Source of the DNA: Nitriliruptorales bacterium
Lineage (GTDB): Bacteria; Actinomycetota; Nitriliruptoria; Nitriliruptorales; Nitriliruptoraceae
Assembly (NCBI GenBank): GCA_033721095.1
Contig: JAWWBG010000001.1
Coordinates: 1-34,735, forward strand
Length of the DNA stretch: 34,735 bases
Direction of reading: 5' to 3'
The number at the start of each line of letters is the position of its first letter. Positions within the stretch are counted from its first letter, which is position 1. The position numbers and the translations under genes are program-made. The notes beneath the pieces are model-generated. The model searched no databases and was not told the origin of the DNA. It was given only the letters and a program-made list of their open reading frames with translations. Positions 8,631 to 17,662 of this stretch are shown piece after piece.

Positions 8631-9490
8631 CCTCGTCCACCGGCCTGCTGACCCAGCGGATCCAGCCCCATCTGCCCGCCGATGCGGCCGGGGGAGCGGC
8701 GATCGCTGCCGCGCTGGTGGCGGTCCCGGTCAAGGACGTGGCGGCGCCGTGGTTGGTGGCAGTTGTCGGCATCGTGGCAGCGGTCGTGGTCGTGTCGCCT
8801 GTGGTTCGTCGCAGCCCGTGGACCTGGATTGGGTTGGGTGCCCTGCATGCCGTGTTCGTCGTGCGCTTCTGGTACCGCATCGACAACCACGATTTCCTGC
8901 TGCTGTGGACGCTTCTTGCGCTGGCGGTTGCCTTTGCGCACCGGAATCCCGAGGAGGCCTTCGCGACACAGGCGCGGTGGTTGGTCGGCCTCGCGTTCGC
9001 ATTGGCAACCGGATGGAAGCTGCTGAGTGGTGAGTTCCTCGATGGCAGCTTCTTCGTCCATGCCCAGCTTGTCGACCCCCGCTTCGCGCGTGTGGCCGAG
9101 CTGATCGGCGGTCTCGACCCGGAGACGGCGATCGCGACGCGTGAGGCCATCGCCGCCTCCGTCCGTGAGCCCATCGCAGCGGCCGTGAGCGTCCCGGCTG
9201 ACCAGGTGCGCACCCTGGCGATCATCTTCACGGCCTGGGGCGTCGCCCTGGAGGGCGCGATCGCGGTCGCCATGCTCGGCCCCGATCGGCCGCGTTGGCG
9301 GGCCGCCCGCAGCGGCCTGCTGCTCACGTTCATGGCCACCACCTACCTCGTCGTCCCGGTCGTCCGTTTCGGGCTGTTGCTGGCAGCCCTCGGCATCGGC
9401 CAGGCGCGCGGTCGGTGGCGCACGGCGTTCTGGTGGTCGATACCGGCCCTGCTCGCCTGGACGCCGATCTGGCAGGCGCTCCAGGGCTGA
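8627..9490 (+). CDS. Polytopic membrane protein, possibly HTTM-like (vitamin-K carboxylase / SdpB-type membrane domain)
   Basis: 287-aa ORF with multiple hydrophobic helices. 'RIDNHDFLLLWTLLALAVAF' resembles the HTTM 'WNNHxYL' block, and 'ALATGWKLLSGEFLDG' resembles the following 'aGxxKLxxxWxxG' block. The family call rests on these motifs only. Confidence 0.5.
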   Translation: MTSSTGLLTQRIQPHLPADAAGGAAIAAALVAVPVKDVAAPWLVAVVGIVAAVVVVSPVVRRSPWTWIGLGALHAVFVVRFWYRIDNHDFLLLWTLLALAVAFAHRNPEEAFATQARWLVGLAFALATGWKLLSGEFLDGSFFVHAQLVDPRFARVAELIGGLDPETAIATREAIAASVREPIAAAVSVPADQVRTLAIIFTAWGVALEGAIAVAMLGPDRPRWRAARSGLLLTFMATTYLVVPVVRFGLLLAALGIGQARGRWRTAFWWSIPALLAWTPIWQALQG

Positions 9491-9646
9491 CGAGATCCAC
9501 GGCGGGGTGTGCCGGGGGATCAGGGCGTGTGCGGAACCCATGCCGCTGGTAGAACCGCTACTTGACGTAATGTTCATTATGGGCGAGAGGTGGTCGAGCG
9601 ACGACGGGGGGAAGCCCTGTTGACGCACACGGCGCCGAGAGCCCGG

Positions 9647-10186
9647 TCAGCCGCGCGCTGCCGAAACGATTCGGGCAGCAGTTGCCGGGCCAATGCCCGG
9701 CAGGTCGGTGAGGTCGTCGGCATTGGCGCCAGCGAGGGCGCCGACCGATGGATACCGCTTGCGGAGGGACGCGACGGCTGCCGTGCGCAGGCCCTTGACC
9801 TGTCCGATGAGGGCCTCGACATCGCGGGCTGCGGACAGCACCTGCTGGGCCGTGGCGGTCCCGATGCCGCTCAGCGTCTCCAGTTCGGTCAGGCTGGCCG
9901 TCCGGAGGTCCTCGAGGGTCATGTACCGGCGGCGGATTGATTCGCGGCCCTCGGCCCGCAGGGTGCGAATTCCCCGCAACGTCGCCTCCAGGCGCGGATC
10001 GCCCTCGATGAGCGTCTGGACGAAGGAGCCGGGTGCCCGATTCGTCACCGGGACGGCGGGTGAATCCGCGGGTGGGCTTGCCGGCGACTCGCTGGCAGCG
10101 GCCTCCTGCCCGTCCGGGGTGAACCAGTCACCGGAGGCGACCGATCGTTGCCTCCGGCGGAGCAGGCGTTTGAGCACCATCACCAC
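9647..10186 (-). CDS. Helix-hairpin-helix (HhH) DNA-binding motif protein
   Basis: 179-aa ORF with two HhH-like motifs ('LETLSGIGTATAQQVLSAA', 'LTDLPGIGPATAARIVSAA'). Several in-frame GTG/ATG starts lie at 10177-10186. Confidence 0.6.
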   Translation of the reverse strand: MVMVLKRLLRRRQRSVASGDWFTPDGQEAAASESPASPPADSPAVPVTNRAPGSFVQTLIEGDPRLEATLRGIRTLRAEGRESIRRRYMTLEDLRTASLTELETLSGIGTATAQQVLSAARDVEALIGQVKGLRTAAVASLRKRYPSVGALAGANADDLTDLPGIGPATAARIVSAARG

Positions 10187-10311
10187 AGTGTCGCGGACTT
10201 CGTGGACTTGCGCTCCGTCGCCGCGAAACGGACCGACTCCCGTCAGGGCCCCAACCCCTTCGGTCAGTTTACGAGGTGGACCCTGACGATGGCGTCAGCC
10301 GGGTCCTTGGG

Positions 10312-10749
10312 TCAGGCCATCCATCGTGTCGCCAGCATGTCGGCGTACTCGTTCCAGCGATGGCCCGCGTGCGCCTTGATCCAGCGGAGCTCCAGCTCGG
10401 GTCGACCGAGCAGGTACTCGTAGATGGGTTGCACGAGGTCGAGGTTCTCCACCTGGCCGCGACGACGCTTCCATCCGCGCTGCTTCCACCCGGCCGCCCA
10501 GTCATTCATGGTCTGGACGACCAGCTTGCTGTCACTCCAGATGATCGCCGGGACGCCCTCCGGGACGAGGCGCGCGCCTTCGCGAACGGCGATCAGTTCC
10601 ATGCGGTTGTTGGTGGTCTCGTTGGGCTCGTGGCCGTGGGTCTCGGCGACGATCGAGCCATCGACCACCCACACGGCGCCCCATCCGCCGGGCCCCGGGT
10701 TCGGGGAGGCCGAGCCGTCGGTGTAGACGCCGTCGTCGGCCCCGGTCAC
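10312..10749 (-). CDS. rnhA: Ribonuclease HI
   Basis: 145-aa ORF with the RNase H pattern 'VYTDGSASPNPGPGGWG', 'TNNRMELIAV', 'IWSDSKLV' and 'WIKAHAGHRWNEYADMLA'. Its GTG start overlaps the upstream ORF stop (GTGA). Confidence 0.9.
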   Translation of the reverse strand: MTGADDGVYTDGSASPNPGPGGWGAVWVVDGSIVAETHGHEPNETTNNRMELIAVREGARLVPEGVPAIIWSDSKLVVQTMNDWAAGWKQRGWKRRRGQVENLDLVQPIYEYLLGRPELELRWIKAHAGHRWNEYADMLATRWMA

Positions 10750-11018
10750 GCCCTGGTCTGCAGCTGGCGCTCGTCGGGCAGGATGCGGTCCCCGAAACGG
10801 GCCTGCGTGTAGCGACCCGGGGTTCCACGCGAGAGCAGGAACTCCGGCGGGGAGGCGTCCAGATCGAACCCGACGGTCAAGCCGCAGTCGTCGCAGCGGT
10901 AGCTGCCCATCCCCCGCTCATGGGCCACCAGATGCTGCGTGCCGTCGCAGCGCGTGCACGAGCGGGCCTCGGGAAGATCGAGGACCGCGACCTGTTCGGG
11001 GGTGCCAGTGGAACTCAC
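10746..11018 (-). CDS. Small zinc-ribbon-like hypothetical protein
   Basis: 90-aa ORF with high GC3 and two CxxC pairs ('CTRCDG...CDDCG'). It has a GTG start without an obvious Shine-Dalgarno (SD) sequence and is translationally coupled to rnhA. Confidence 0.6.
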   Translation of the reverse strand: MSSTGTPEQVAVLDLPEARSCTRCDGTQHLVAHERGMGSYRCDDCGLTVGFDLDASPPEFLLSRGTPGRYTQARFGDRILPDERQLQTRA

Positions 11019-11063
11019 GCTGTCACCGTAGCCACGGATCCCTGGCCGTCCGAACAGGCAGGA

Positions 11064-11094
11064 CCGTCCGTGAGCCTTCCACGCTCACGGACGG
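11064..11094. promoter_or_regulatory. Perfect 12-bp inverted repeat (CCGTCCGTGAGC-N7-GCTCACGGACGG)
   Basis: Read directly. It lies in the 110-nt divergent region between the Zn-ribbon/rnhA operon and the PAC2 gene. Confidence 0.4.
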
Positions 11095-11100
11095 GCCGAC

Positions 11101-11126
11101 GCGTGGGGCACCCCGTACGCTTTTTT
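11101..11126 (+). terminator. Terminator-like or attenuator-like hairpin followed by a T6 run, ending 2 nt before the PAC2 ATG
   Basis: GCGTGGGGCACCCCGTACGC folds as 4+3 bp with a 2-nt bulge and is followed by TTTTTT (11121-11126). A T6 run is rare in this GC-rich window. No plus-strand gene lies upstream. Confidence 0.3.
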
Positions 11127-11128
11127 CC

Positions 11129-11992
11129 ATGGAGCTGCTGCACCTGACCGATGACGTCGGCGCCCACGAGGACGCCGTGATCGTCCTGTCGTTGGACGGC
11201 TGGACGGATGCCGGCCAGGCCGGGACGACCGCGGCGGCGCAGCTCCGTGAGCAGCTGCCGACCCGGCGCATCGGCTGGTTCGATCCGGACGGGCTGTTCG
11301 ACTACCGCGACCGTCGCCCGATCCTGACGATCGACGAGGGCGAGCTGGGCTCCCCGTCATGGCCGGAGTTGGCTGTCTACCGGCTCGATCCGGATCACGG
11401 GCCCACGATGTTCATGATCACGGGCGCCGAGCCGGACCTGTCGTGGCAGGCCTTGTGTCGAGACGTCGTCAAGCTGGCCGAGAAGGCCGGGGCGAGCCGA
11501 TATGTCGGCCTTGGTTCGGTGCCGGCCCCGGCTCCCCACACCCGGCCAGTTCGCGTCATCGCGACCGGCAGCGACGTCGCCACGATCGAGGCCATCGGTC
11601 GGCCGCACGAGCGCGTCGTGGTGCCCGCCAGCTGCCAGGTCGTGGTCGAGACGGCGCTGCGCGACGCCGGGCTGGAGACCGTCGGGCTGTGGGCTCGCGT
11701 GCCGCACTACGTGGGCGGCGAGTACCCGGAGGGGGCCCAGGCGATCCTCGACCGCTTCCGGGTGCACCTGGGCGTGGCGCTCGACCTGACCCGGCTGGAC
11801 GAGGAGGCCAAGCAGCAGCGCTCACGGCTGGACGTCGCGGCCCAGGGTTCCGACGACGTACGCGCCCACATTGCCCAGCTGGAGGAGTTCTACGACGCCG
11901 ATGCCGGAGCGGTGCGGCTCGACGGGCCGCTGCCGACCGGCGACGAGATCGCGGCTGACTTCGAGCGGTTCCTGCGCGAGCAGGACGACTGA
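11129..11992 (+). CDS. PAC2 (proteasome assembly chaperone 2-like) family protein
   Basis: 287-aa ORF. 'VIVLSLDGWTDAGQAGTTAAAQL' matches the actinobacterial PAC2-family opening motif, and the length and acidic C-terminus are typical. Confidence 0.8.
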   Translation: MELLHLTDDVGAHEDAVIVLSLDGWTDAGQAGTTAAAQLREQLPTRRIGWFDPDGLFDYRDRRPILTIDEGELGSPSWPELAVYRLDPDHGPTMFMITGAEPDLSWQALCRDVVKLAEKAGASRYVGLGSVPAPAPHTRPVRVIATGSDVATIEAIGRPHERVVVPASCQVVVETALRDAGLETVGLWARVPHYVGGEYPEGAQAILDRFRVHLGVALDLTRLDEEAKQQRSRLDVAAQGSDDVRAHIAQLEEFYDADAGAVRLDGPLPTGDEIAADFERFLREQDD

Positions 11993-11993
11993 G

Positions 11994-13106
11994 TCAGAGG
12001 CGCTCGACTATCCAGTCGACACACGCGCGATACGCCTCCAGGTCGCTGGTGTCGACGGCGGGGAACATGCCGATGCGCAGCTGGTTCCGCCCGAGCTTGC
12101 GGTAGCTGTCGGTGTCCACGATCCCGTTCGCGCGCAGCACGCCGTTGACGTCGTCGGCGCTGACGCCGTCCAGGTCGATGGTCGCCACCACCGCGGATCG
12201 TGCCGCCGCCTCCCGCACGAAGGGGTTCGCCCAGGGCCGATCCTCCGCCCACGCGTAGAACGATTGCGCCCGCGTGGCACAGCGCGTGGCGACCGCGTCG
12301 AGGCCCCCTTCGGCAAGCAGCGCGTCGACCTGCTCGGCAGCCAGCAGGATCGTGGCGATGCTCGGCGTGTTGTAGGTCTGCTGCTTGCGACTGTTGTCGA
12401 CGATGGTCGCCAGGTCCAGGAATGCCGGAATGTGCCGCCCGGAGGTGGCGATCTCCTCGATCCTGTCCATGGCCCGGGGCGACACGATCGCGATCACCAG
12501 TCCCCCGTCGCCTGCCAGCCCCTTCTGGGGACTGAAGTAGTAGACGTCGGCGTCGGCAATGTCGACGGGAAGACCGCCGGCCGCCGACGTGGCATCGACG
12601 AGGACGAGCGCGTCACCGTCGGGTCGGACGACAGCGGTCGCGACACCGGTGGACGTCTCGTTGTGGGTCAGCGCGACGACATCCACGTCCTCACCCGACG
12701 CCCGCGGCATGGGCCGCTCCCCCGCCGGCGCCTCGACCAGGTCGGGATCGTCGAGCCACGGGGTCCGGGCGACCGCGGTTGCGAACTTCGACGAGAACTC
12801 GCCGAAGCTTTCGTGGCGTGACCGTTGCCGGATCAGCCCGAACGTCGCCATGTCCCAGAACGCCGTCGCCCCGCCGTTGGCCACCACGACCTCGTAGCCG
12901 GCGGGGAGGGAGAACAGGTCGGCGATCCCGGTGCGAAGGCGTTCGACCTGCCCCTTGACGGCGGACTGTCGATGACTGGTACCCAGCAGGTCGGTGCCGT
13001 GCGCCGCGAGGGCGGCAACCGCGCTCGCGGGGACCTTGCTGGGGCCGCACCCGAAGCGACCGTCGGCGGGCAGCAGGTCGCCGGGAATGGTGAGCTGTGG
13101 TGCCAC
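11994..13106 (-). CDS. serC: Phosphoserine aminotransferase (mycobacterial type)
   Basis: 370-aa ORF that appears collinear with my recollection of mycobacterial SerC ('[11 protein letters not shown]', 'GTSHRQ', 'NGGATAFWD', 'HNETSTGV', 'YYFSPQK', '[25 protein letters not shown]'). The GTG start is preceded by GGAG. Confidence 0.9.
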   Translation of the reverse strand: MAPQLTIPGDLLPADGRFGCGPSKVPASAVAALAAHGTDLLGTSHRQSAVKGQVERLRTGIADLFSLPAGYEVVVANGGATAFWDMATFGLIRQRSRHESFGEFSSKFATAVARTPWLDDPDLVEAPAGERPMPRASGEDVDVVALTHNETSTGVATAVVRPDGDALVLVDATSAAGGLPVDIADADVYYFSPQKGLAGDGGLVIAIVSPRAMDRIEEIATSGRHIPAFLDLATIVDNSRKQQTYNTPSIATILLAAEQVDALLAEGGLDAVATRCATRAQSFYAWAEDRPWANPFVREAAARSAVVATIDLDGVSADDVNGVLRANGIVDTDSYRKLGRNQLRIGMFPAVDTSDLEAYRACVDWIVERL

Positions 13107-13208
13107 GAGGGGACTCCGAGGAAGCGGACGGTCGGCCGGCGCGGGGCGCAGAGGCTATCGGTGGCGTCGTTACCCTCGTCCGCGGCCCCGTGCGAACATG
13201 GAGAAGCC

Positions 13209-14408
13209 GTGAGCACCGGTCGGTTGTCCACTCGGGCCGCAGGGATCTCGGCGTCGCCGACCCTCGCGGTCTCCACCAAGGCCAAGGCCTTGCGAGCCGC
13301 CGGCGAGGACGTCATCGGCTTCGGCGCGGGCGAGCCCGACTTCCCCACGCCCGCGCACATCGTCGCGGCGGCCAAGGCCGCCTGTGACGACCCGGCGACC
13401 CACCACTACTCCCCTGCCTCCGGGCTCCCAGCCCTCCGCGAGGCCATCGCCGCCAAGACCGCCCGGGACACGGGCCTGTCCGTCGACGCCAAGCAGGTGA
13501 CCGTCACCAACGGCGGGAAGCACGCCCTCTACGCCCTGATGCAGGTGCTCGTGGACACCGGTGACGAGGTGCTGATCCCCTCCCCCTACTGGGTCTCCTA
13601 CCCCGAGATGGTCCGGCTGGCGGGGGGCACGGTCGTCCCCGTCGAGACGACGGTGGACGCGGGTTTTCGCGCGTCCGTCGACCAGCTCGAGGCCGCCCGA
13701 ACCGAGCGAACGAAGCTCCTGATCTTCGTCTCGCCATCCAACCCGACTGGCGCCGTGTACCCCCCCGACGAGATTGCGGCCATCGGTCGCTGGGCGGCCG
13801 AGCATGGCATCTGGGTCATCACCGACGAGATCTATGAGCATCTCGTCTACGGGGACGCGACGATGGCGTCGCTGCCCGTCGTCGCACCGGAGGCGGCAGC
13901 GACGACGATCGTCGTCAACGGTGTGGCCAAGACCTACGCCATGACCGGCTGGCGGGTGGGCTGGTCGATCGCCCCTGCAGACGTGGCCAAGGCGGTCCAG
14001 GACCACCAGAGCCACGCGACGAGCAATGTCGCCAACGTGTCCCAGGTGGCGGCGCTGGCGGCCGTGTCGGGCCCCCTCGACGAGGTCCACCGGATGCGCG
14101 AGGCCTTCGACCGGCGACGCCTGCTCGCCCTGGACCTGCTGCGTGGGATGCCGGACGTCGTCGTCTCGGAGCCGATGGGAGCGTTCTACGTCTTCCCGGA
14201 CGTCTCGGCCTACGTGGGACGGACCATCGCGGGCCGCCGGATCGGCTCGAGTCTGGAGTTCGCCGACGCCTTGTTGGACGTGGCCAAGGTGGCCGTCGTC
14301 CCCGGGGAGGGCTTCGGCGCGCCCGGCTGCATCCGGATCTCCTACGCGCTGGGCGACGAGGACCTCGAGAAGGGGCTCACGCGCCTCGGAAACTTCCTGG
14401 CCGGGTAG
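13209..14408 (+). CDS. Pyridoxal-phosphate-dependent (aspartate-type, class I) aminotransferase
   Basis: The GTG at 13209 is preceded by GGAGAAG. Motifs include '[12 protein letters not shown]', '[10 protein letters not shown]' and '[16 protein letters not shown]' (the PLP lysine context). The upstream part of the 527-aa track ORF is antisense to serC. Confidence 0.9.
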   Translation: MSTGRLSTRAAGISASPTLAVSTKAKALRAAGEDVIGFGAGEPDFPTPAHIVAAAKAACDDPATHHYSPASGLPALREAIAAKTARDTGLSVDAKQVTVTNGGKHALYALMQVLVDTGDEVLIPSPYWVSYPEMVRLAGGTVVPVETTVDAGFRASVDQLEAARTERTKLLIFVSPSNPTGAVYPPDEIAAIGRWAAEHGIWVITDEIYEHLVYGDATMASLPVVAPEAAATTIVVNGVAKTYAMTGWRVGWSIAPADVAKAVQDHQSHATSNVANVSQVAALAAVSGPLDEVHRMREAFDRRRLLALDLLRGMPDVVVSEPMGAFYVFPDVSAYVGRTIAGRRIGSSLEFADALLDVAKVAVVPGEGFGAPGCIRISYALGDEDLEKGLTRLGNFLAG

Positions 14409-14411
14409 GCC

Positions 14412-15830
14412 TCAGGCGGATTCGCGAACGTCGGGTCCCCCTCGCAGCCACGCATAACCAGCCACGCCGGCGACGATCGACGCCGCGAAGATTCCGATCT
14501 TGGCGCTGTCAGCAAGGGCCGACCCGCTCTCGAACGACAGGGCGCTCACGAACAGGGCCACGGTGAAGCCGATTCCCGACAGGAACCCGATGCCGATCAT
14601 GTGTCGCCACGTCGTGTGGGTGGGCAGTCGCCCGATGCCGAGCCGAACCGCGATCCACGCTGCCGCCGTCACGCCGACGACCTTTCCCACCACCAGTCCG
14701 AGGAAGACGCCCATGGCAACGTTGTCGGTGAGGAAGCCCCCGACGCTGTCCAGCGAGATCACCACGCCGGCATTGGCCAGCGCGAACAGCGGCACGACCA
14801 CGTAGCTCGAGTAGGGGTTGAGGGCGTACTCGTGCCGCATCAGGGGCGGAATGCTCTCGGCCGTGAGCGTCCGCAGGTCCGCCATCTCCTTCTGGACTCG
14901 TTCCAGGGTGTGGTGGTCGCTCAGCTCCAGGGGATCGTCGTCGGGGACGTAGGCATCGATCCGGTCGACCATCACGCGCGCACGGGCGGCGAACTTCTGG
15001 GGGTCGAGGAAGGGCGTGACCGGCGTGAGGAGCGCGATCGCGACCCCCGCCACGGTTGCGTGCACACCGGACTCGAGGATCGCGAGCCAGATGAAGGCGC
15101 CGAGGCCGACGTAGACCCACAGGGAACGCACGTTGACCTTCCGCAGGACCCACATGAGCCCGAGCCCACCGGCGCCGGTCAACAGCCATGGGATGCTCAG
15201 CTCGCTCGTGTAGAACAGGGCGATGACCAGGATGGCGCCAAGGTCGTCCACGATGGCCAGCGCGAGCAGGAACAGCTTCGCGGACACGGGCACCCGTGAG
15301 CCCATCATGGCCACGACCCCGATCGCAAAGGCGATGTCCGTCGCCATCGGGATGCCCCAACCGTCGCTGCCCGGGCCGCCGGCGTTCAGCCAGGCGTAGA
15401 GGGCGGCTGGGAGCACCATGCCGCCAATGGCCGCGATGGCCGGCAGCGCTGCCGCCCGTGGGTCCCGGAGCTCGCCGACCACCAGCTCACGCTTGATCTC
15501 CAGGCCAACGACGAAGAAGAAGATGACCATGAGCGCGTCGTTGATCCACTCCTGGACGGTCAGCTCGGACAGGTGGTGGAAATGGAAGTCGCCGAACTCG
15601 AGGTGGATCGTCGTCTCGAACAGGTTGAAGTAGCTGGCGGACCATGGTGAGTTCGCCCAGGCGATCGCAATGACGGCGGCGATCAGCATGACGACGCCAC
15701 CCGATGCCTCGAGCCGCATGAAGCGCAGGACGGGCTGGACAAAGACGCGTGGCACGGGCCGGTCGGAGCCAACCCACGTCGGTGGGAGGCTTGGCGTCTC
15801 GCCGGATGGCGCCGGGTTCTTGTCGGTCAT
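14412..15830 (-). CDS. nhaA: Na+/H+ antiporter NhaA
   Basis: 472-aa polytopic ORF with 'FFFVVGLEIKRELVVGEL' and 'PMATDIAFAIGV' NhaA signatures. Its ATG overlaps the upstream ORF stop (ATGA). Confidence 0.9.
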   Translation of the reverse strand: MTDKNPAPSGETPSLPPTWVGSDRPVPRVFVQPVLRFMRLEASGGVVMLIAAVIAIAWANSPWSASYFNLFETTIHLEFGDFHFHHLSELTVQEWINDALMVIFFFVVGLEIKRELVVGELRDPRAAALPAIAAIGGMVLPAALYAWLNAGGPGSDGWGIPMATDIAFAIGVVAMMGSRVPVSAKLFLLALAIVDDLGAILVIALFYTSELSIPWLLTGAGGLGLMWVLRKVNVRSLWVYVGLGAFIWLAILESGVHATVAGVAIALLTPVTPFLDPQKFAARARVMVDRIDAYVPDDDPLELSDHHTLERVQKEMADLRTLTAESIPPLMRHEYALNPYSSYVVVPLFALANAGVVISLDSVGGFLTDNVAMGVFLGLVVGKVVGVTAAAWIAVRLGIGRLPTHTTWRHMIGIGFLSGIGFTVALFVSALSFESGSALADSAKIGIFAASIVAGVAGYAWLRGGPDVRESA

Positions 15831-16324
15831 TCGAGGAGCTTGATCTCGCCGTCGGAGGCTTCGAGGACTGCCAGGGCGGCATCATGCAGGTTGCGATGCA
15901 GCATCCGAAACCGGGAAGCCTCGGGATCGTCGTCATCGACGTCGAGCGGTGCGTCCTCCAACTGCTCGGGATCGGTCATCAACTCCGCGAGGGCCGCGTC
16001 CCAGTCCGTGATCTCGGCCTCGCCCTCGAGTCTCATCGAGGGAGCCTGGATGAGGGCACGGTTCAGGTCCTGGACGATCGAGACGACCACGTCGGTGCTC
16101 GTCTGAACGCCGGGCGTCGCCAACAGCCGCAGGGCCTGCAGCTTGCGCATGGCCATCGCCATGATCAGCATCGGGTCGCCGAGCTCCTCGACGGCGGAAT
16201 CCACGCCCTTGAGGTCGAGCGTCACTGCCTCCGGGACGTCGAACCAGTCTCGGAGCATGTCGAACAGCTCCGCCGCGACGTCATGGAGCGCGAGGAGCTC
16301 GTCCGGCTTGGGAATGGTTTCCAC
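15827..16324 (-). CDS. Hypothetical acidic protein
   Basis: 165-aa ORF with high GC3. It has a GTG start 6 nt after the ahcY stop, without an SD, and its stop overlaps the nhaA ATG. No domain was recognised. Confidence 0.55.
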   Translation of the reverse strand: METIPKPDELLALHDVAAELFDMLRDWFDVPEAVTLDLKGVDSAVEELGDPMLIMAMAMRKLQALRLLATPGVQTSTDVVVSIVQDLNRALIQAPSMRLEGEAEITDWDAALAELMTDPEQLEDAPLDVDDDDPEASRFRMLHRNLHDAALAVLEASDGEIKLLE

Positions 16325-16330
16325 CGCTGC

Positions 16331-17623
16331 TCAGTAGCGATACGTGTCGGACTTGAAGGGTCCTTCGACGGGAACCCGCAGGTACTCGGCCTGCTTGTCG
16401 GTCAGCGTTGTCAGGGTCGCGCCCAGCTTGTCCAGGTGCAGGCGGGCGACCTCCTCGTCGAGATGACGTGGCAGCACGTACACCTCGTTCTTGTAGTCCT
16501 CGTGGTTCTGCCACAACTCGATCTGCGCCAGGACCTGGTTGGTGAACGACATGGACATCACGAAGCTCGGGTGTCCGGTGGCGCAGCCGAGGTTCACCAG
16601 TCGCCCCTCGGCAAGCAGGATGATGGAACGATCGTTGGGCAGGTGGACAAGGTCGACCTGCGGCTTGACGTTGGTCCAGTCGTAGGCGCGCAGGCCGGCG
16701 GTGTCGATCTCGATGTCGAAGTGGCCGATGTTGCAGACGATCGCCTGGTCCTTCATCTGCAGGCAGTGGTCGACGGTGATCACGTCCGCGCAGCCCGTGG
16801 CCGTCACGAAGATGTCGGCCTTCGGGGCCGCCTCCTCCATGGTCACGATCCGGTAGCCCTCCATCGCCGCCTGGAGGGCGATGATCGGGTCGATCTCGGT
16901 GATCCAGACCGTGGCCCCGTAGTTGCGCAGTGCCTGCGCGCACCCCTTCCCGACGTCGCCGTAGCCAGCCACCACCGCGATCTTGCCGGCGATCATGACG
17001 TCCGTGGCACGCTTGATGCCGTCGACGAGGCTCTCACGGCACCCGTACAGGTTGTCGAACTTGGACTTGGTGACGGAGTCGTTGACATTGATGGCGGGCA
17101 TCAACAGCGTGCCCTCCCGCTGGCGCTCGACCAGCGCGTGCACGCCGGTGGTCGTCTCCTCGGACACGCCGCGGATCTCGGAGATCAGGTCGTGGTGTCG
17201 GTCATGCACGATCGCCGTCAGGTCGCCACCGTCGTCGAGGAGCAGGTTCGGCCCGGAACCGTCGGGCCACATGAGCGTCTGTTCGATGCACCACTCGTAC
17301 TCCTCCTCGGTCTCCCCCTTCCACGCGAACACCGGCGTGCCGGCCGCGGCGATGGCTGCCGCGGCATGGTCCTGGGTCGAGAAGATGTTGCAGGACGACC
17401 ACCGAACCTCGGCGCCGAGGTGCTCGAGGGTCTGGATCAGCACGGCGGTCTGTATGGTCATGTGCAGGCATCCAGCGATCCGGGCGCCGGCCAGTGGCTG
17501 CTCGTCGCCGTGGCGCTCGCGGAGGGCCATGAGGCCCGGCATCTCCTTTTCGGCCATCTCGATCTCGGCCTGGCCCCACGTGGCGAGGCTCGGGTCGGCG
17601 ATCTTGCAGTCCATGTCACTCAC
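16331..17623 (-). CDS. ahcY: Adenosylhomocysteinase (SAH hydrolase)
   Basis: 430-aa ORF with '[26 protein letters not shown]', the NAD site '[12 protein letters not shown]' and '[10 protein letters not shown]'. The GTG at 17623 has GGAG 5 nt upstream. Confidence 0.95.
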   Translation of the reverse strand: MSDMDCKIADPSLATWGQAEIEMAEKEMPGLMALRERHGDEQPLAGARIAGCLHMTIQTAVLIQTLEHLGAEVRWSSCNIFSTQDHAAAAIAAAGTPVFAWKGETEEEYEWCIEQTLMWPDGSGPNLLLDDGGDLTAIVHDRHHDLISEIRGVSEETTTGVHALVERQREGTLLMPAINVNDSVTKSKFDNLYGCRESLVDGIKRATDVMIAGKIAVVAGYGDVGKGCAQALRNYGATVWITEIDPIIALQAAMEGYRIVTMEEAAPKADIFVTATGCADVITVDHCLQMKDQAIVCNIGHFDIEIDTAGLRAYDWTNVKPQVDLVHLPNDRSIILLAEGRLVNLGCATGHPSFVMSMSFTNQVLAQIELWQNHEDYKNEVYVLPRHLDEEVARLHLDKLGATLTTLTDKQAEYLRVPVEGPFKSDTYRY

Positions 17624-17648
17624 GGCAACTCCGTTGTCGACGACGCCC

Positions 17649-17662
17649 GCGCGACGTCGCGC
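17649..17662. promoter_or_regulatory. Perfect 14-nt palindrome GCGCGACGTCGCGC in the egtD-ahcY spacer
   Basis: Read directly. It lies 26-39 nt upstream of the ahcY GTG. Confidence 0.25.

Noticed and set aside
9540-9623. 27-codon ORF (MPLVEPLLDVMFIMGERWSSDDGGKPC) as a candidate precursor peptide next to the HTTM-like gene
   Set aside because: It has no SD. Its codons are largely A/T-ending (gta, gaa, cta, ctt, att), unlike every real gene here. It probably reflects the AT-rich island only, so it is kept as a low-priority check.
12825-13208. N-terminal extension of the aminotransferase ORF
   Set aside because: It overlaps serC on the opposite strand. The aminotransferase homology starts at the GTG at 13209, which has a GGAGAAG SD.
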